Shown here: piece after piece, positions 31,184-40,837 of the stretch
How the letters are laid out: every line of letters begins with the position of its first letter
Numbering within the stretch: position 1 is the stretch's first letter
DNA from: Naegleria gruberi
Taxonomy: Eukaryota
NCBI GenBank assembly: GCA_000004985.1
Contig: GG738901.1
Length of the DNA: 64,000 nt
Strand: one strand, 5' to 3'
Notes under the pieces: generated by a model
What the model saw: only the letters and a program-made list of their open reading frames with translations
Database searches by the model: none
Told to the model about the DNA's origin: nothing
Program-made: the position numbers and the translations under genes

Positions 31184-34100
31184 ATGGTGCTCATTGTTAG
31201 AAAGATCAACCCTTATGAATCGTGCGGTCAACTTTATGTTTCCAACACAAAAGCACAACCAAAACAGAAGAAGCAAGAGAAGGAAAAGAATTATGATTTG
31301 GTAATTAATGTAAATCCAAATCGTCAATCCTCAAGAGGACGATCGAAAACTGAAACAACAGACACAACCACTCAATCGGAAAATACTCTCACATTTTCGA
31401 GTATGGCTCTGAGTAGAAGAAAGAGACACGAACAAGGACTTGATAGACACGTATTTCAGAACATTCCATATCCATTTCCCAACCCACAAGAGAAACAAAA
31501 GAAACAATCGAAAAATGGATTCATTTCAAGCTTTTTGAAAGGTAGTCGTTCTAAAAGTACGGATGGTGAAATGGAAATAATGTCCATCAAACGAGACAAT
31601 CATTTTCAATCCATGATTGGTATTTTGGCGCAATTAAGGGCTGTTTGTAAAGTTACCATGGAAATTTCTGCAGAGCTTACTACTGAAGTCAATCGAATTG
31701 GTAACAAGATTGTATCCATTAATCACAGATTAGAGGCAGCCAGAAGAAAGACTCTATTCCACACATCAGTGAAGACCAAAACTAATAATACTGAACCAAG
31801 CTCGAGTGAGAGTAGAATTCATAGACTTGCCACTAAGGAGCATGAGCGAGCCAAACAAAATACCTTAGGTCGGTATCCAGATCCACCTCTTCCGAATGCA
31901 TCATCAACCCAAAGGTCAATAATAGGAATACCCGAGGCACTCAAACACAGATACGATAAGAGATGTCACAAGGACCCACAATTCCATTCTTCCTCAGATG
32001 CTCAGCTCATGACAATAACTTCTATTATTTTCAAAGATTACAAGGAGATACCAAGTAATGGACCTTTTTGCTCATTCATGCATGATGTCGAGGTATTGAA
32101 TTGGGTTAAGGCAGGGCACATGACTAAATGTTCCGAGCTCTACTCTTTCCCTAAACTGTTTCAACTGAAATGGAATGAAAGATGTGCCTCTTTGATTCGT
32201 TCTGGTTCCTCAATTGATGAAACTTACGATGAGAGTGAGATTATTCCTGAAACTTCAAAGGAAAGACCAGCACAGATACTTTTATCAAAGAAAGGCAAGG
32301 ATGTACCAAAATTTGTTACCAATTATCTGAACGGAGAAGTGGATGAGGATAAACACTATAGTGTTAATTTCAGTGAGAGTGTACAATTCTTCAAGGAGCT
32401 ATCCTTTGAAAGCTCTTCAACACGAACTAGCAATTCCAGTTGCTCAAATGGTACGATTATTTGCAATAGTCAGAAATATGTATCCCTAATTGAGTTGATT
32501 GAAACTCAAATTCACAGACATGTTGATAATAGTATGGATTGGCAAGTTGATAATGAAAAGAAAAAGCCAAGAAACAAACGAGATAGTCTCCTTTACATTA
32601 ACGAAGAATATTATGCCAAGAAGAGGTGTAGAGATAAGCTGAAGGAGAGCATTAGAAACTATCAAAAGACCAAGAAACTCCTTGAAGAGATCAAGATGAT
32701 GGAATCAGATAATGATGATGAGGGCTCACTTAACAGCGACACTGGGAGTGTTATTAGAATTTCAAAAGCATCATTCTCTGACAGACCTAGACCTTCTAGT
32801 ATTGATACCGTTGCTAGTGCAATCAATATTGAATTTGATGATTCACCACCCAATATAATCAGCAAGAATGCCAGACTCTCTACGATACCTTACTATAACT
32901 ATTTGGTGAATTCAAAACATGGCAATAGGAAATCAGATGATGATAGTGGCGAGTATTCTGATGAGGAGGCTCATACTGAGACTCTAAGTAATCTACCATC
33001 AATATTTAACATTATTGAGGCGAGTAGGAAGAACGTTAAGCATATGGCCCCCCCTGTATTACCTGCCACAAATCAAAGACCCAACAATGATAATAATCGT
33101 ACCAACAACCAAATACATTTCGAGAATAACAGAAGAAGAGCAGTCATTGATATGGATGGCGAGGAGTTGACCATCCTTCATACTCTAAGAAGTGAGAAGG
33201 AGCCTCACCCAATCAATCACAGACTAACCGAAGAAGAAGAAGAGGAGGAGGAGGACCAAACCATGAATATGTCTGAGGTGGCCTTCTCTTTTGGCCCAAT
33301 TACAACTCTCACCCAAGAAGTCATATCAATAGATAAGATTTCAGAAAGAGTTCAAAAATCAAAGCCACTCATTCAATCCCATCTTCACAATACAGGTACA
33401 AATCGTAATATTAATAATTCCAATATTTCAAAGAAGAGAAATATAGATAACAATCATCCTGTTCTTGGTAAGCTTACACAACAACCAAAGATTGTGCACC
33501 CTCATCAAAAAGTACAAGCTCAAGAGGAAGAAGAAACTGAAGAGGAATACTCTTCAACTGAAGAAGAAGAATCAGACACTGATACCATGTCAGATTTTCC
33601 AAGATGTGAAAGAGTACAGCAAGAACCATCTTCGTTCATTAGTGATGCAACCCTTATGGAAGCTAGCCCTCCACCCCCTGTAGTTAGAGTAGAGTCAACC
33701 GCTCCTCCAGTAACACTCATTCCACGAAAGGTAGATCAACAAGACATTCCTAAGATTATTGAACCTAACAAGTCACTATTCAAAGAAGAGGTTGCACAGT
33801 TTAGAAGCTTTAGACCTTCTACTTCTAGTTACTCCTCAGCTCTAAGCTTTGATGAAGGATTCTTAGATTCAGTTGTACCAATAACTCAAGTCTCCACAAC
33901 AAATCCAAAGCCCAAATCCAATAAGCAAAACACAACCAATCGAATCAGCCATCTATCCCCATCCATTGATTTTGATCTTCCCTCTAGTTATGAATATTCA
34001 CTGAAAATTATGGAATTGGAACAGAAGAAACATGTACCACATAGTCATTTCTACCAAGATGGCTCCTCATTTGGTGATGATGATGAAAACTATCCTTACA

Positions 34101-34204
34101 GTGAGGATGAAGAGTATGATGATGGAATGTATCACATCCCAGAAAGTCATCAATCTCGATACATTCCCTCAGACAGTTCTTTTTCAGATATGGATAGTTT
34201 TTAA
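31184..34204 (+). CDS. Large hypothetical protein (about 1000 aa) with N-terminal coiled-coil and acidic, Ser-rich low-complexity regions
   Basis: The ORF is continuous and the first ATG is at 31184. A heptad-like segment reads MIGILAQLRAVCKVTMEISAELTTEVNRIGNKIVSINHRLEAARRK. It resembles a SCAR/WAVE or Abi-type helical region only weakly. Confidence 0.5.
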   Translation: MVLIVRKINPYESCGQLYVSNTKAQPKQKKQEKEKNYDLVINVNPNRQSSRGRSKTETTDTTTQSENTLTFSSMALSRRKRHEQGLDRHVFQNIPYPFPNPQEKQKKQSKNGFISSFLKGSRSKSTDGEMEIMSIKRDNHFQSMIGILAQLRAVCKVTMEISAELTTEVNRIGNKIVSINHRLEAARRKTLFHTSVKTKTNNTEPSSSESRIHRLATKEHERAKQNTLGRYPDPPLPNASSTQRSIIGIPEALKHRYDKRCHKDPQFHSSSDAQLMTITSIIFKDYKEIPSNGPFCSFMHDVEVLNWVKAGHMTKCSELYSFPKLFQLKWNERCASLIRSGSSIDETYDESEIIPETSKERPAQILLSKKGKDVPKFVTNYLNGEVDEDKHYSVNFSESVQFFKELSFESSSTRTSNSSCSNGTIICNSQKYVSLIELIETQIHRHVDNSMDWQVDNEKKKPRNKRDSLLYINEEYYAKKRCRDKLKESIRNYQKTKKLLEEIKMMESDNDDEGSLNSDTGSVIRISKASFSDRPRPSSIDTVASAINIEFDDSPPNIISKNARLSTIPYYNYLVNSKHGNRKSDDDSGEYSDEEAHTETLSNLPSIFNIIEASRKNVKHMAPPVLPATNQRPNNDNNRTNNQIHFENNRRRAVIDMDGEELTILHTLRSEKEPHPINHRLTEEEEEEEEDQTMNMSEVAFSFGPITTLTQEVISIDKISERVQKSKPLIQSHLHNTGTNRNINNSNISKKRNIDNNHPVLGKLTQQPKIVHPHQKVQAQEEEETEEEYSSTEEEESDTDTMSDFPRCERVQQEPSSFISDATLMEASPPPPVVRVESTAPPVTLIPRKVDQQDIPKIIEPNKSLFKEEVAQFRSFRPSTSSYSSALSFDEGFLDSVVPITQVSTTNPKPKSNKQNTTNRISHLSPSIDFDLPSSYEYSLKIMELEQKKHVPHSHFYQDGSSFGDDDENYPYSEDEEYDDGMYHIPESHQSRYIPSDSSFSDMDSF

Positions 34205-34383
34205 ATTGCATCATTTAAAAGTATTTCTAAATCAACTTCGTCTATTCTGCTTCGCTTACAACGAATTTGCTTAGATTTTTTTAGAATTTTTTTCTTAAAA
34301 AGGGAAATTTCGGAGTTCAAAATAAATTGCAAAAACACAACTAATAATGAATATATCAGGAAACAAGATCTCAAAATCATGAA

Positions 34384-34464
34384 GCGGTCTTGACCGAGTG
34401 GTTAAGGTGATTGACTAGAAATCAATTGGGGCGACCCGCACAGGTTCGAATCCTGTAGACCGCG
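34384..34464 (+). tRNA. tRNA-Ser (anticodon AGA), type II
   Basis: The acceptor stem is GCGGTCT/AGACCGC with discriminator G. The anticodon stem is ATTGA/TCAAT and the loop CTAGAAA gives anticodon AGA. A long variable arm is present. The T-arm is CAGGTTCGAATCCTG. Confidence 0.85.
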
Positions 34465-34907
34465 AAATTTTTAACGAATCCAATTAAGTTTGAAATCATC
34501 CCAACAGATTCTGTAATATTGCACAATTCACAAATGCAAGCAATAGCAAGAGCAATAAAAGAGTGTTAAGAAGTTTTGGCATTTTTTTCTTGCAAGTTGT
34601 TGACTCTTCTTAATAAATGACCCCAAAACGATTTTTTTTACATATTCGGTAGTTAAATCTAAAGTGAAAAGAACGTACGGTCAAATACAAATCCACAAAA
34701 GTCAGAACCATTAAAAATATTTAAATTAACTTAACTGGGACAATTATATTCACTCATTCTGTAATTTGTTTCTAGTTTTACAGTGTAGAGGCTTAAATAA
34801 TCACCAACACATTTTAGTGTGAAATTCAAAGTTGTTCCATCAAATGTAGAGTATAGTTTTACAATGAATAATCTCTGAAGAAGATCCCTGAGTTAGGGTT
34901 AGCAAAT

Positions 34908-36380
34908 TTATTCAATGTACGGACAGCCACAACTCAATGATTTACCATCTTGTGAAATGTAAGGTGTACAACCAGTGCAAACATACAAGTAAGAAGTTGT
35001 GTATCTTGTTTGAACTGATTGACCAAATGCCAATTGAATACATTCATCCTTTCCTGTTCTTGATTTGAGAGATACTCCACCAAATGTTTCTAAAACATAA
35101 GAAGTCCATTTACAAACATCCCAGTTATATTGATCACAATCTCCTCTGAGGAAATTGAAATAGAAGGATCCATCCAAATTCTTGTAAATCTTAGGTCTCA
35201 ATCCAATAATGAAAGTTGGATCATCATATGGGAAATTGACTTGGAAAACCATTCTTACAAAGGCATCGATTTCAACAGAGTTTCCATTAGCAATACTCGT
35301 TCTAGAACCAAAATTTTCAATGATAGAATCCTTTCGATCTTGTTTAAAAACAGTGACTGGTTGAAGTTTGGAAGCATCTGCAGCCATCTTTGCATTTAGG
35401 TCATTAATCATTTGATTCACTTGGTCTGCCTTTGATTGGATATAATTATTGTAAATAATCTTCATATTAGCTTGTTTTGGACCATCAGGGAATGCTCTCC
35501 AAATTGGAATAGTTTCGAATTTAACAGGGACTGGATTGGAAGCAAAAGTTGACACTCTTTCTCTTTTTGATGAAATTTGAGGATTTCCACCAACAATGTC
35601 CAATTGAGCTACCTTATGATATCTAATATAACCATTAGGAAGACTGGAGGTATCAGTTTGATCATCAATTGATAATTGTAATTCTAAATCCAAGTAACTC
35701 AACATGCTTGGATCATTGTAACATGACTTGACAGAGGTTGTCAAATCAATAACACCTCCATAAACAATATTTGTGGCAATAGAATCACCAAATGATGTAA
35801 TTACTTGCATGTACAAGTCAGTATCCATTTCATAAGGAAGTAAATCAATAATCATTTGAAATTCATCAGTGACTTGAATTGTAGACAATGAAACAGTATG
35901 TGTGAAATATTGCTTTTGAATATCAGCAATAAACAAATTACCCTCAAAGAATCTTGAAAAGATTAGATCAGTAGCTGCAGATCCATGACTATAAAGTCCA
36001 TTAAAAACTGTCTGACCATCCCTTGGAAACAACATGGAAAAGTACTCTTGAGCGCTTTTCATTGTTTTTACCACAGATTCCTCACCTGATGTTGGAACAC
36101 TGGAGGGAGATTGAAGAATTTGAGGACGAATGGTGTGATCCTCTCTGCTATAACCAACTCCGGCAATAATAGGTAAATGATCATCCATGAGGTTTCTTCT
36201 ACTACTTGTTGTAGGACAATTCAATCCCTTCATTGTTATCAAACATTTGCTTTCCATAACAGTGATTTGTTCCTTCATTTGTGACATGATATTCGGAAGG
36301 GCCCCATCTACCAACACTCCTAACAATAATAAGGAACCAATCACCAATAGGATGAATGCCAATAGGAAGGAAATCTTCAT
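34908..36380 (-). CDS. Secreted hypothetical protein (signal peptide, Cys-rich C-terminus)
   Basis: The ATG is at 36380. The signal peptide is MKISFLLAFILLVIGSLLLLGVLVDG. The ORF is continuous at 490 aa. I considered a MACPF-like assignment but could not support it. Confidence 0.55.
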   Translation of the reverse strand: MKISFLLAFILLVIGSLLLLGVLVDGALPNIMSQMKEQITVMESKCLITMKGLNCPTTSSRRNLMDDHLPIIAGVGYSREDHTIRPQILQSPSSVPTSGEESVVKTMKSAQEYFSMLFPRDGQTVFNGLYSHGSAATDLIFSRFFEGNLFIADIQKQYFTHTVSLSTIQVTDEFQMIIDLLPYEMDTDLYMQVITSFGDSIATNIVYGGVIDLTTSVKSCYNDPSMLSYLDLELQLSIDDQTDTSSLPNGYIRYHKVAQLDIVGGNPQISSKRERVSTFASNPVPVKFETIPIWRAFPDGPKQANMKIIYNNYIQSKADQVNQMINDLNAKMAADASKLQPVTVFKQDRKDSIIENFGSRTSIANGNSVEIDAFVRMVFQVNFPYDDPTFIIGLRPKIYKNLDGSFYFNFLRGDCDQYNWDVCKWTSYVLETFGGVSLKSRTGKDECIQLAFGQSVQTRYTTSYLYVCTGCTPYISQDGKSLSCGCPYIE

Positions 36381-37084
36381 TGGTTAAAGTTATTAAGGAC
36401 ACACACAAGTGAGGAAAATTTGGTGACTTTTTTTTGATAATGATCAGAGAAGCTACTTTCATTACAGTTCTGGGGCCCTTTGTTATTGAACGACTTGAGG
36501 GGCGCTATGCTTATTTCTAGCCAATATATGTTGTAATGATTTGCCGAAGTGTTGTTGTAGGTTAGTGGGATGAAATGTGTTGATCTGAGGAAGATGTTTG
36601 GTCCAAATAATCAAACAAATTTAACAAAATATAGAGAAATAGTCAGCAAGTGTTATTTCAGAACTAGTTCCACACTTCATTAATTAGACTCCCTTGGAAC
36701 AATTCAAAAGCTAAACTTTACACCTTTGACAGCTGTCAAAGTTGCCAGTTCTGTGGAGAGTTTTATTGATATTTAAAAAAAACAAGCTGTTGATTGATTA
36801 CTTCTCAATCCCAATACCCAATCTTTAACAATCACAATTTTCATTATCGCTTCCTTATCTATTTTTTTGGATCTACTGAAGAAAAAAAACCGTTACAAAT
36901 TGTCTCTTGCATGAAACCCTTAAAAAAAAAAGAGACAACATTCAGCAAGGAAATTATTTCTGTTCTCTCTAAGGAATATAAAAACAAGAAGGAAAAACAA
37001 AGTCAATAGTCATTAAACTTTTAGCAGCAAATTTTATTCACTTACTAGTAACGAAAAGAAGAACTAGAATTTAGGCCATTAAGA

Positions 37085-38017
37085 ATGCCTGTCCAATTTT
37101 CATCATCAGTTACTTCATATCCGGCCCTAAGTTCCACTCCTCGAATGATGAAACACCAATCATCATCCTCGAGTTTTGGTAATATATCGGCCGTTGAAGA
37201 TATGTCTCCTCCCGGATTGAATGAAATCAATGAAACTCCAATCCAGAGAAGAACAAGAAGTGAGGGTGTCAGACCTTCTCAACTCTCTGCCTACATGCCT
37301 AACGTAACATCAACTTTTATGACAGAGTTTGATTTTCCACCACCAATGCCAGTTGCTACATCTTCCACTAATTTGCTCGGAAATATGAATTCAATGAATA
37401 ATGTTGGTGGGATTGATATTCATCAATTGACGTACAATAAGCATATTCTCTCTCAGCATGATGTCAAACAAATTTTGAAGGTTTTTGCAAATTATGCCAA
37501 TAAGGATGACCAAACCAAGTTGGAATTGTGGGATTTGAGAAAGGTTTTGAAAGAATTGGAAACTCCCTTCAATGAGGATGAACTCTTCGATTACATTCAA
37601 GGAATTCAGATGGAAGATTTTATAACAATTCAAGAATTGGTTTCACTCATTGAAAATCAAAAGAAGCAAGATAGACCAGTCCATGACAATGAAACTTTGA
37701 GTGCCTTTGTTGCTATGGGAGGTAATTTTGATAGAACTGGTGTTATTAGTACAGAGAAATTGAAAGATGCAGTTATGGAGTTTGGTTTTACGGTAGACAT
37801 TGAGGCAATCATTAGAGAAGTGGATGAAGATGGAAATGGAACGATTGATTTTGATGAATTCTATCTAATGATTAATATGAAAGGAGGTGAGGAAGGTGAT
37901 GACGAGAGTGATATGGAAGATAAGGAAGAGGAAGATATTGTCACTGATGAAAGCAGAGGAGGTTTAACTTTGCAAAATACTCAAAGTCAAGTACAAGAAC
38001 AAACTGAAAATGAGTAA
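37085..38017 (+). CDS. EF-hand domain protein with acidic C-terminus
   Basis: It has a canonical EF-hand loop, DEDGNGTIDFDEF, with paired helix-loop-helix segments upstream. Confidence 0.65.
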   Translation: MPVQFSSSVTSYPALSSTPRMMKHQSSSSSFGNISAVEDMSPPGLNEINETPIQRRTRSEGVRPSQLSAYMPNVTSTFMTEFDFPPPMPVATSSTNLLGNMNSMNNVGGIDIHQLTYNKHILSQHDVKQILKVFANYANKDDQTKLELWDLRKVLKELETPFNEDELFDYIQGIQMEDFITIQELVSLIENQKKQDRPVHDNETLSAFVAMGGNFDRTGVISTEKLKDAVMEFGFTVDIEAIIREVDEDGNGTIDFDEFYLMINMKGGEEGDDESDMEDKEEEDIVTDESRGGLTLQNTQSQVQEQTENE

Positions 38018-38054
38018 TTGATTGACCAATAGTAATAATTTATTATTGGTTGAA

Positions 38055-39020
38055 TTAGCAAATGAGTAATGATTCGTTGACTCTTTCGAGTTTGTCTAAA
38101 AAGTTACAAAGAGATTCTTCCTTGACACAGACATCATACTTGAGTGCCATGGTAATATTCACTTCGGTAATGTTAAATTGTTGGAAATATTTCTTATACC
38201 TTTCGTTAGCAAGTGTTTGACTATGTACACGCTCACTGCAACTAAGGGTTTGTTGAACTGGTACACTTCCATCTTCTTTGACCATGAGTAATTCCATGTC
38301 ATTCATATAGTTGAAGGCATTATCTAAATTAAAAGCATGGAAAATTTGCTTGAATTCATTAACAGCCATATACTTGAAGAAGGTCTTATTGTTGTAGTAG
38401 TTATCTTCGTTGATCTTGGATGAAATCATCAAGCAAACAAAGAAAGTGTAAATAAAGTTAGAAGGTTCAATATTTCCAAAGGCAGACTTTCTTTGGAATT
38501 CATTGATCAAATTAAAGTTATTCTCGTCAGTGATAAAAGTTGGGTTTTGGAGCTTGACCATAAAGAAGAGTGCTGACAAGGTACATCTGAAATCAATATC
38601 AGCTCTGTCACACACAATTGTGATCATTCTCTCCAAGAAGAGAGTTGTTTCAGGACTTCCATTAAGGAAGATCTGATTGATACAATGAGAAACAAGCGAG
38701 ACAGTTGAGATTTGTCTTGATTGTTGTCTAAAACTGAAAAGTTCAACAGAGTCTTCAGAAAACTTAATTCTGTCCTTTGGCTTGTTTCTGGAGAGGAAGA
38801 TTTCCTTCTCAACCATTCTTCTCATCTCCTCAGAGTTGGAAAGAACTCCATCTGGGCTTGAAGAAAGATCAATCTTACCAACTGAGCATGGAGAACCAAA
38901 TGAAGACAAGCTGCACTCCCCAAAACCAATTGAGGATGTCGATATTTCTGAATCAAAGTCGTCATACAAAACCATATCTTCATCATCCTTGAGCTCTTCG
39001 TCGAGAACACTATTGATCAT
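38055..39020 (-). CDS. Cyclin-like protein (PHO80/Pcl-type cyclin box)
   Basis: The cyclin-fold region reads TIVCDRADIDFRCTLSALFFMVKLQNP...FIYTFFVCLMISSKINED. The ATG at 39020 overlaps the stop of the upstream ORF. Confidence 0.5.
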   Translation of the reverse strand: MINSVLDEELKDDEDMVLYDDFDSEISTSSIGFGECSLSSFGSPCSVGKIDLSSSPDGVLSNSEEMRRMVEKEIFLSRNKPKDRIKFSEDSVELFSFRQQSRQISTVSLVSHCINQIFLNGSPETTLFLERMITIVCDRADIDFRCTLSALFFMVKLQNPTFITDENNFNLINEFQRKSAFGNIEPSNFIYTFFVCLMISSKINEDNYYNNKTFFKYMAVNEFKQIFHAFNLDNAFNYMNDMELLMVKEDGSVPVQQTLSCSERVHSQTLANERYKKYFQQFNITEVNITMALKYDVCVKEESLCNFLDKLERVNESLLIC

Positions 39021-40837
39021 TGAATCAACAATGTATCTATTGTTACCACCAGAGATTGATATTGGTTGAGCAGACTTATAGTAGAAGAGGCATAGTTGAT
39101 TGGAGATAACAAGGTGCCCTCAGAACTGGAAGAGGAGCTCAAACTGTGATTGCTTTCTTGTTTTTGAGAGGACTTTCTGATAGAGTCAATGTTAAAGTCC
39201 ATATCTTCGCTCAAACTTGGAGGGAAAACAATTGGAGGAAGATAAAAGCTATCAATCTTATCCTTTTGTTGTTGCATGGAAGATGTCAAGGTTTGGGATT
39301 TGAATGCGGTTGGTCTACTTCTAATTGAATCAGAGTCGTGACTGTCAGAGAGTTGAGGAGCCTTCTTTGGAGCTGGTCTTGTATTTTGGAAGGTACTCTC
39401 ATCAGTTTGCATGCAAGCATCGTGCTTATTGTTTGTTGAGGTAGTTGGAGGAACAGAGTTGATAATTGAATTAATTCTGAGAGTTGCCTCATTGTAACGT
39501 TGTTGAATCTTGGCAAAAATTTCTTCATCTTCATCATCTTCTGAACTAGATGGTGAGAGAAGGACACTCATGATTTGTCTCTTGGTTCTTTCTTGTGCTC
39601 TTTGAATCTTAGTTGGTGACCACATCCAAGCAGCTGAGCGATTTTGAGATAAGGTCTTGTAGCTAGCTTCTTGATCATCATGTTCGACCATTGTTGGTTC
39701 GAGAGCCTTTGATGGCTTTCTTTCTACAACTTCACTCTTTTTTTCAGAAGGGTTAGTATTCGATGGTTGATTAGAACTTGGTGTAAAACTGCTCCAAGAT
39801 CTTGTTCTCGATTCTAAAGTAGAACCTGAATTTTGAGGCATTTGGCGTTGTTCTGACAAATAGTCATGCTCAGAAACATCGCTCATGTTGCTCAAAATAC
39901 TTGTGTTGGTACTCAATCTTGAAACGTTAGAGGCTGCTGAACCAATTGAGCTAATGGATGAGTTAACAGAGGTATTGTTAGCGTTCAAAACGTGATGCAT
40001 TATTGTCTTTTCCGAGGTATTGGAAGGGTAGTGGTGGTGATAATGCTTATGAACTTGATTGTTAGTGGTAGCGGTAGTAGTACTGGAATACATTGAGTCG
40101 TTACTGGTTTGAGGATTTCTTGTAACAGTTTGTTGTTGTCTCATCAATGGCTTGGTTGTAGCAGCATAGCTCTTGTGTTGGTTGATTGGGATTGGTTGTT
40201 GCATAGCCATGTTTTGATTGGAATTGGCTGGATATCTGTGTTGGTAAGCTTGTTGTTGTTGGTTGGTATTGGTTGTCATCATTGGTTGTGAGTTGTTTGA
40301 ATTAGAGTAGTTTCTGTTTTGTGTTGTATTAATGGAAGGGATTGAGGTCGATGATTTCATTCCACCCTTATATGTTTGCTTGACATAGGTTTGTTGTTGT
40401 GGTTGACTGTTTGAATATTGTACAGAGCTATTGTTTGTGTAAATTACAGTTGGAACTGAAGCGTTAGAAATTGTTTGTTGTGAGCTTGGGTGATAAACAT
40501 TATTCATGACACCAGAATTTGCCAATAACTTGGGCGAGAGGTATCTATTCATGATTGGAGAAGTCTTCTTTGGTTTTTGTATTTTGGAAGGGGAATATCT
40601 AGAGCTTGGATTTCCATAGGTAATCATTGAAGGATTAGAATAGTATTGGGTAGCTGGCATATTGTTGTACACTGGACCACTATTGGTTGGTGGTTGATTA
40701 TAGAATGAATTTGAAATGAATTGAGAAGGTTGAGCTCTGTAATAGTTTGGATATGGTTGAACAAATTGTTGGGAAAATTGATAATTGTTGGTGTTGCTCG
40801 TCGAGGCTAATGGTTGTTGTTGGTGTACTTTTCTCAT
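39017..40837 (-). CDS. N/Q/S/T-rich low-complexity protein, possibly the N-terminal part of the downstream cyclin gene
   Basis: The ORF is long. The first ATG is at 40837 (MRKVHQQQ); the ORF-track start at 40921 is TTG. It ends in ATGA, overlapping the cyclin ORF's ATG. Confidence 0.45.
   Translation of the reverse strand: MRKVHQQQPLASTSNTNNYQFSQQFVQPYPNYYRAQPSQFISNSFYNQPPTNSGPVYNNMPATQYYSNPSMITYGNPSSRYSPSKIQKPKKTSPIMNRYLSPKLLANSGVMNNVYHPSSQQTISNASVPTVIYTNNSSVQYSNSQPQQQTYVKQTYKGGMKSSTSIPSINTTQNRNYSNSNNSQPMMTTNTNQQQQAYQHRYPANSNQNMAMQQPIPINQHKSYAATTKPLMRQQQTVTRNPQTSNDSMYSSTTTATTNNQVHKHYHHHYPSNTSEKTIMHHVLNANNTSVNSSISSIGSAASNVSRLSTNTSILSNMSDVSEHDYLSEQRQMPQNSGSTLESRTRSWSSFTPSSNQPSNTNPSEKKSEVVERKPSKALEPTMVEHDDQEASYKTLSQNRSAAWMWSPTKIQRAQERTKRQIMSVLLSPSSSEDDEDEEIFAKIQQRYNEATLRINSIINSVPPTTSTNNKHDACMQTDESTFQNTRPAPKKAPQLSDSHDSDSIRSRPTAFKSQTLTSSMQQQKDKIDSFYLPPIVFPPSLSEDMDFNIDSIRKSSQKQESNHSLSSSSSSEGTLLSPINYASSTISLLNQYQSLVVTIDTLLIQ

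Noticed and set aside
34908-36380. MACPF/perforin-like assignment for the secreted 490-aa protein
   Set aside because: It has only a weak Y-F-T-H-T resemblance to the (Y/F)GTH(F/Y) signature. The expected GG motif is about 50 residues too far away. I kept it as hypothetical.
39021-39060. Short GTAACA...CAATAG (37 nt) and GTCTGC...AATAG (41 nt) candidate introns to join the N/Q-rich ORF to the cyclin ORF
   Set aside because: Neither the donor sequences nor the resulting phases restore a continuous frame, so the junction remains unresolved (see findings).
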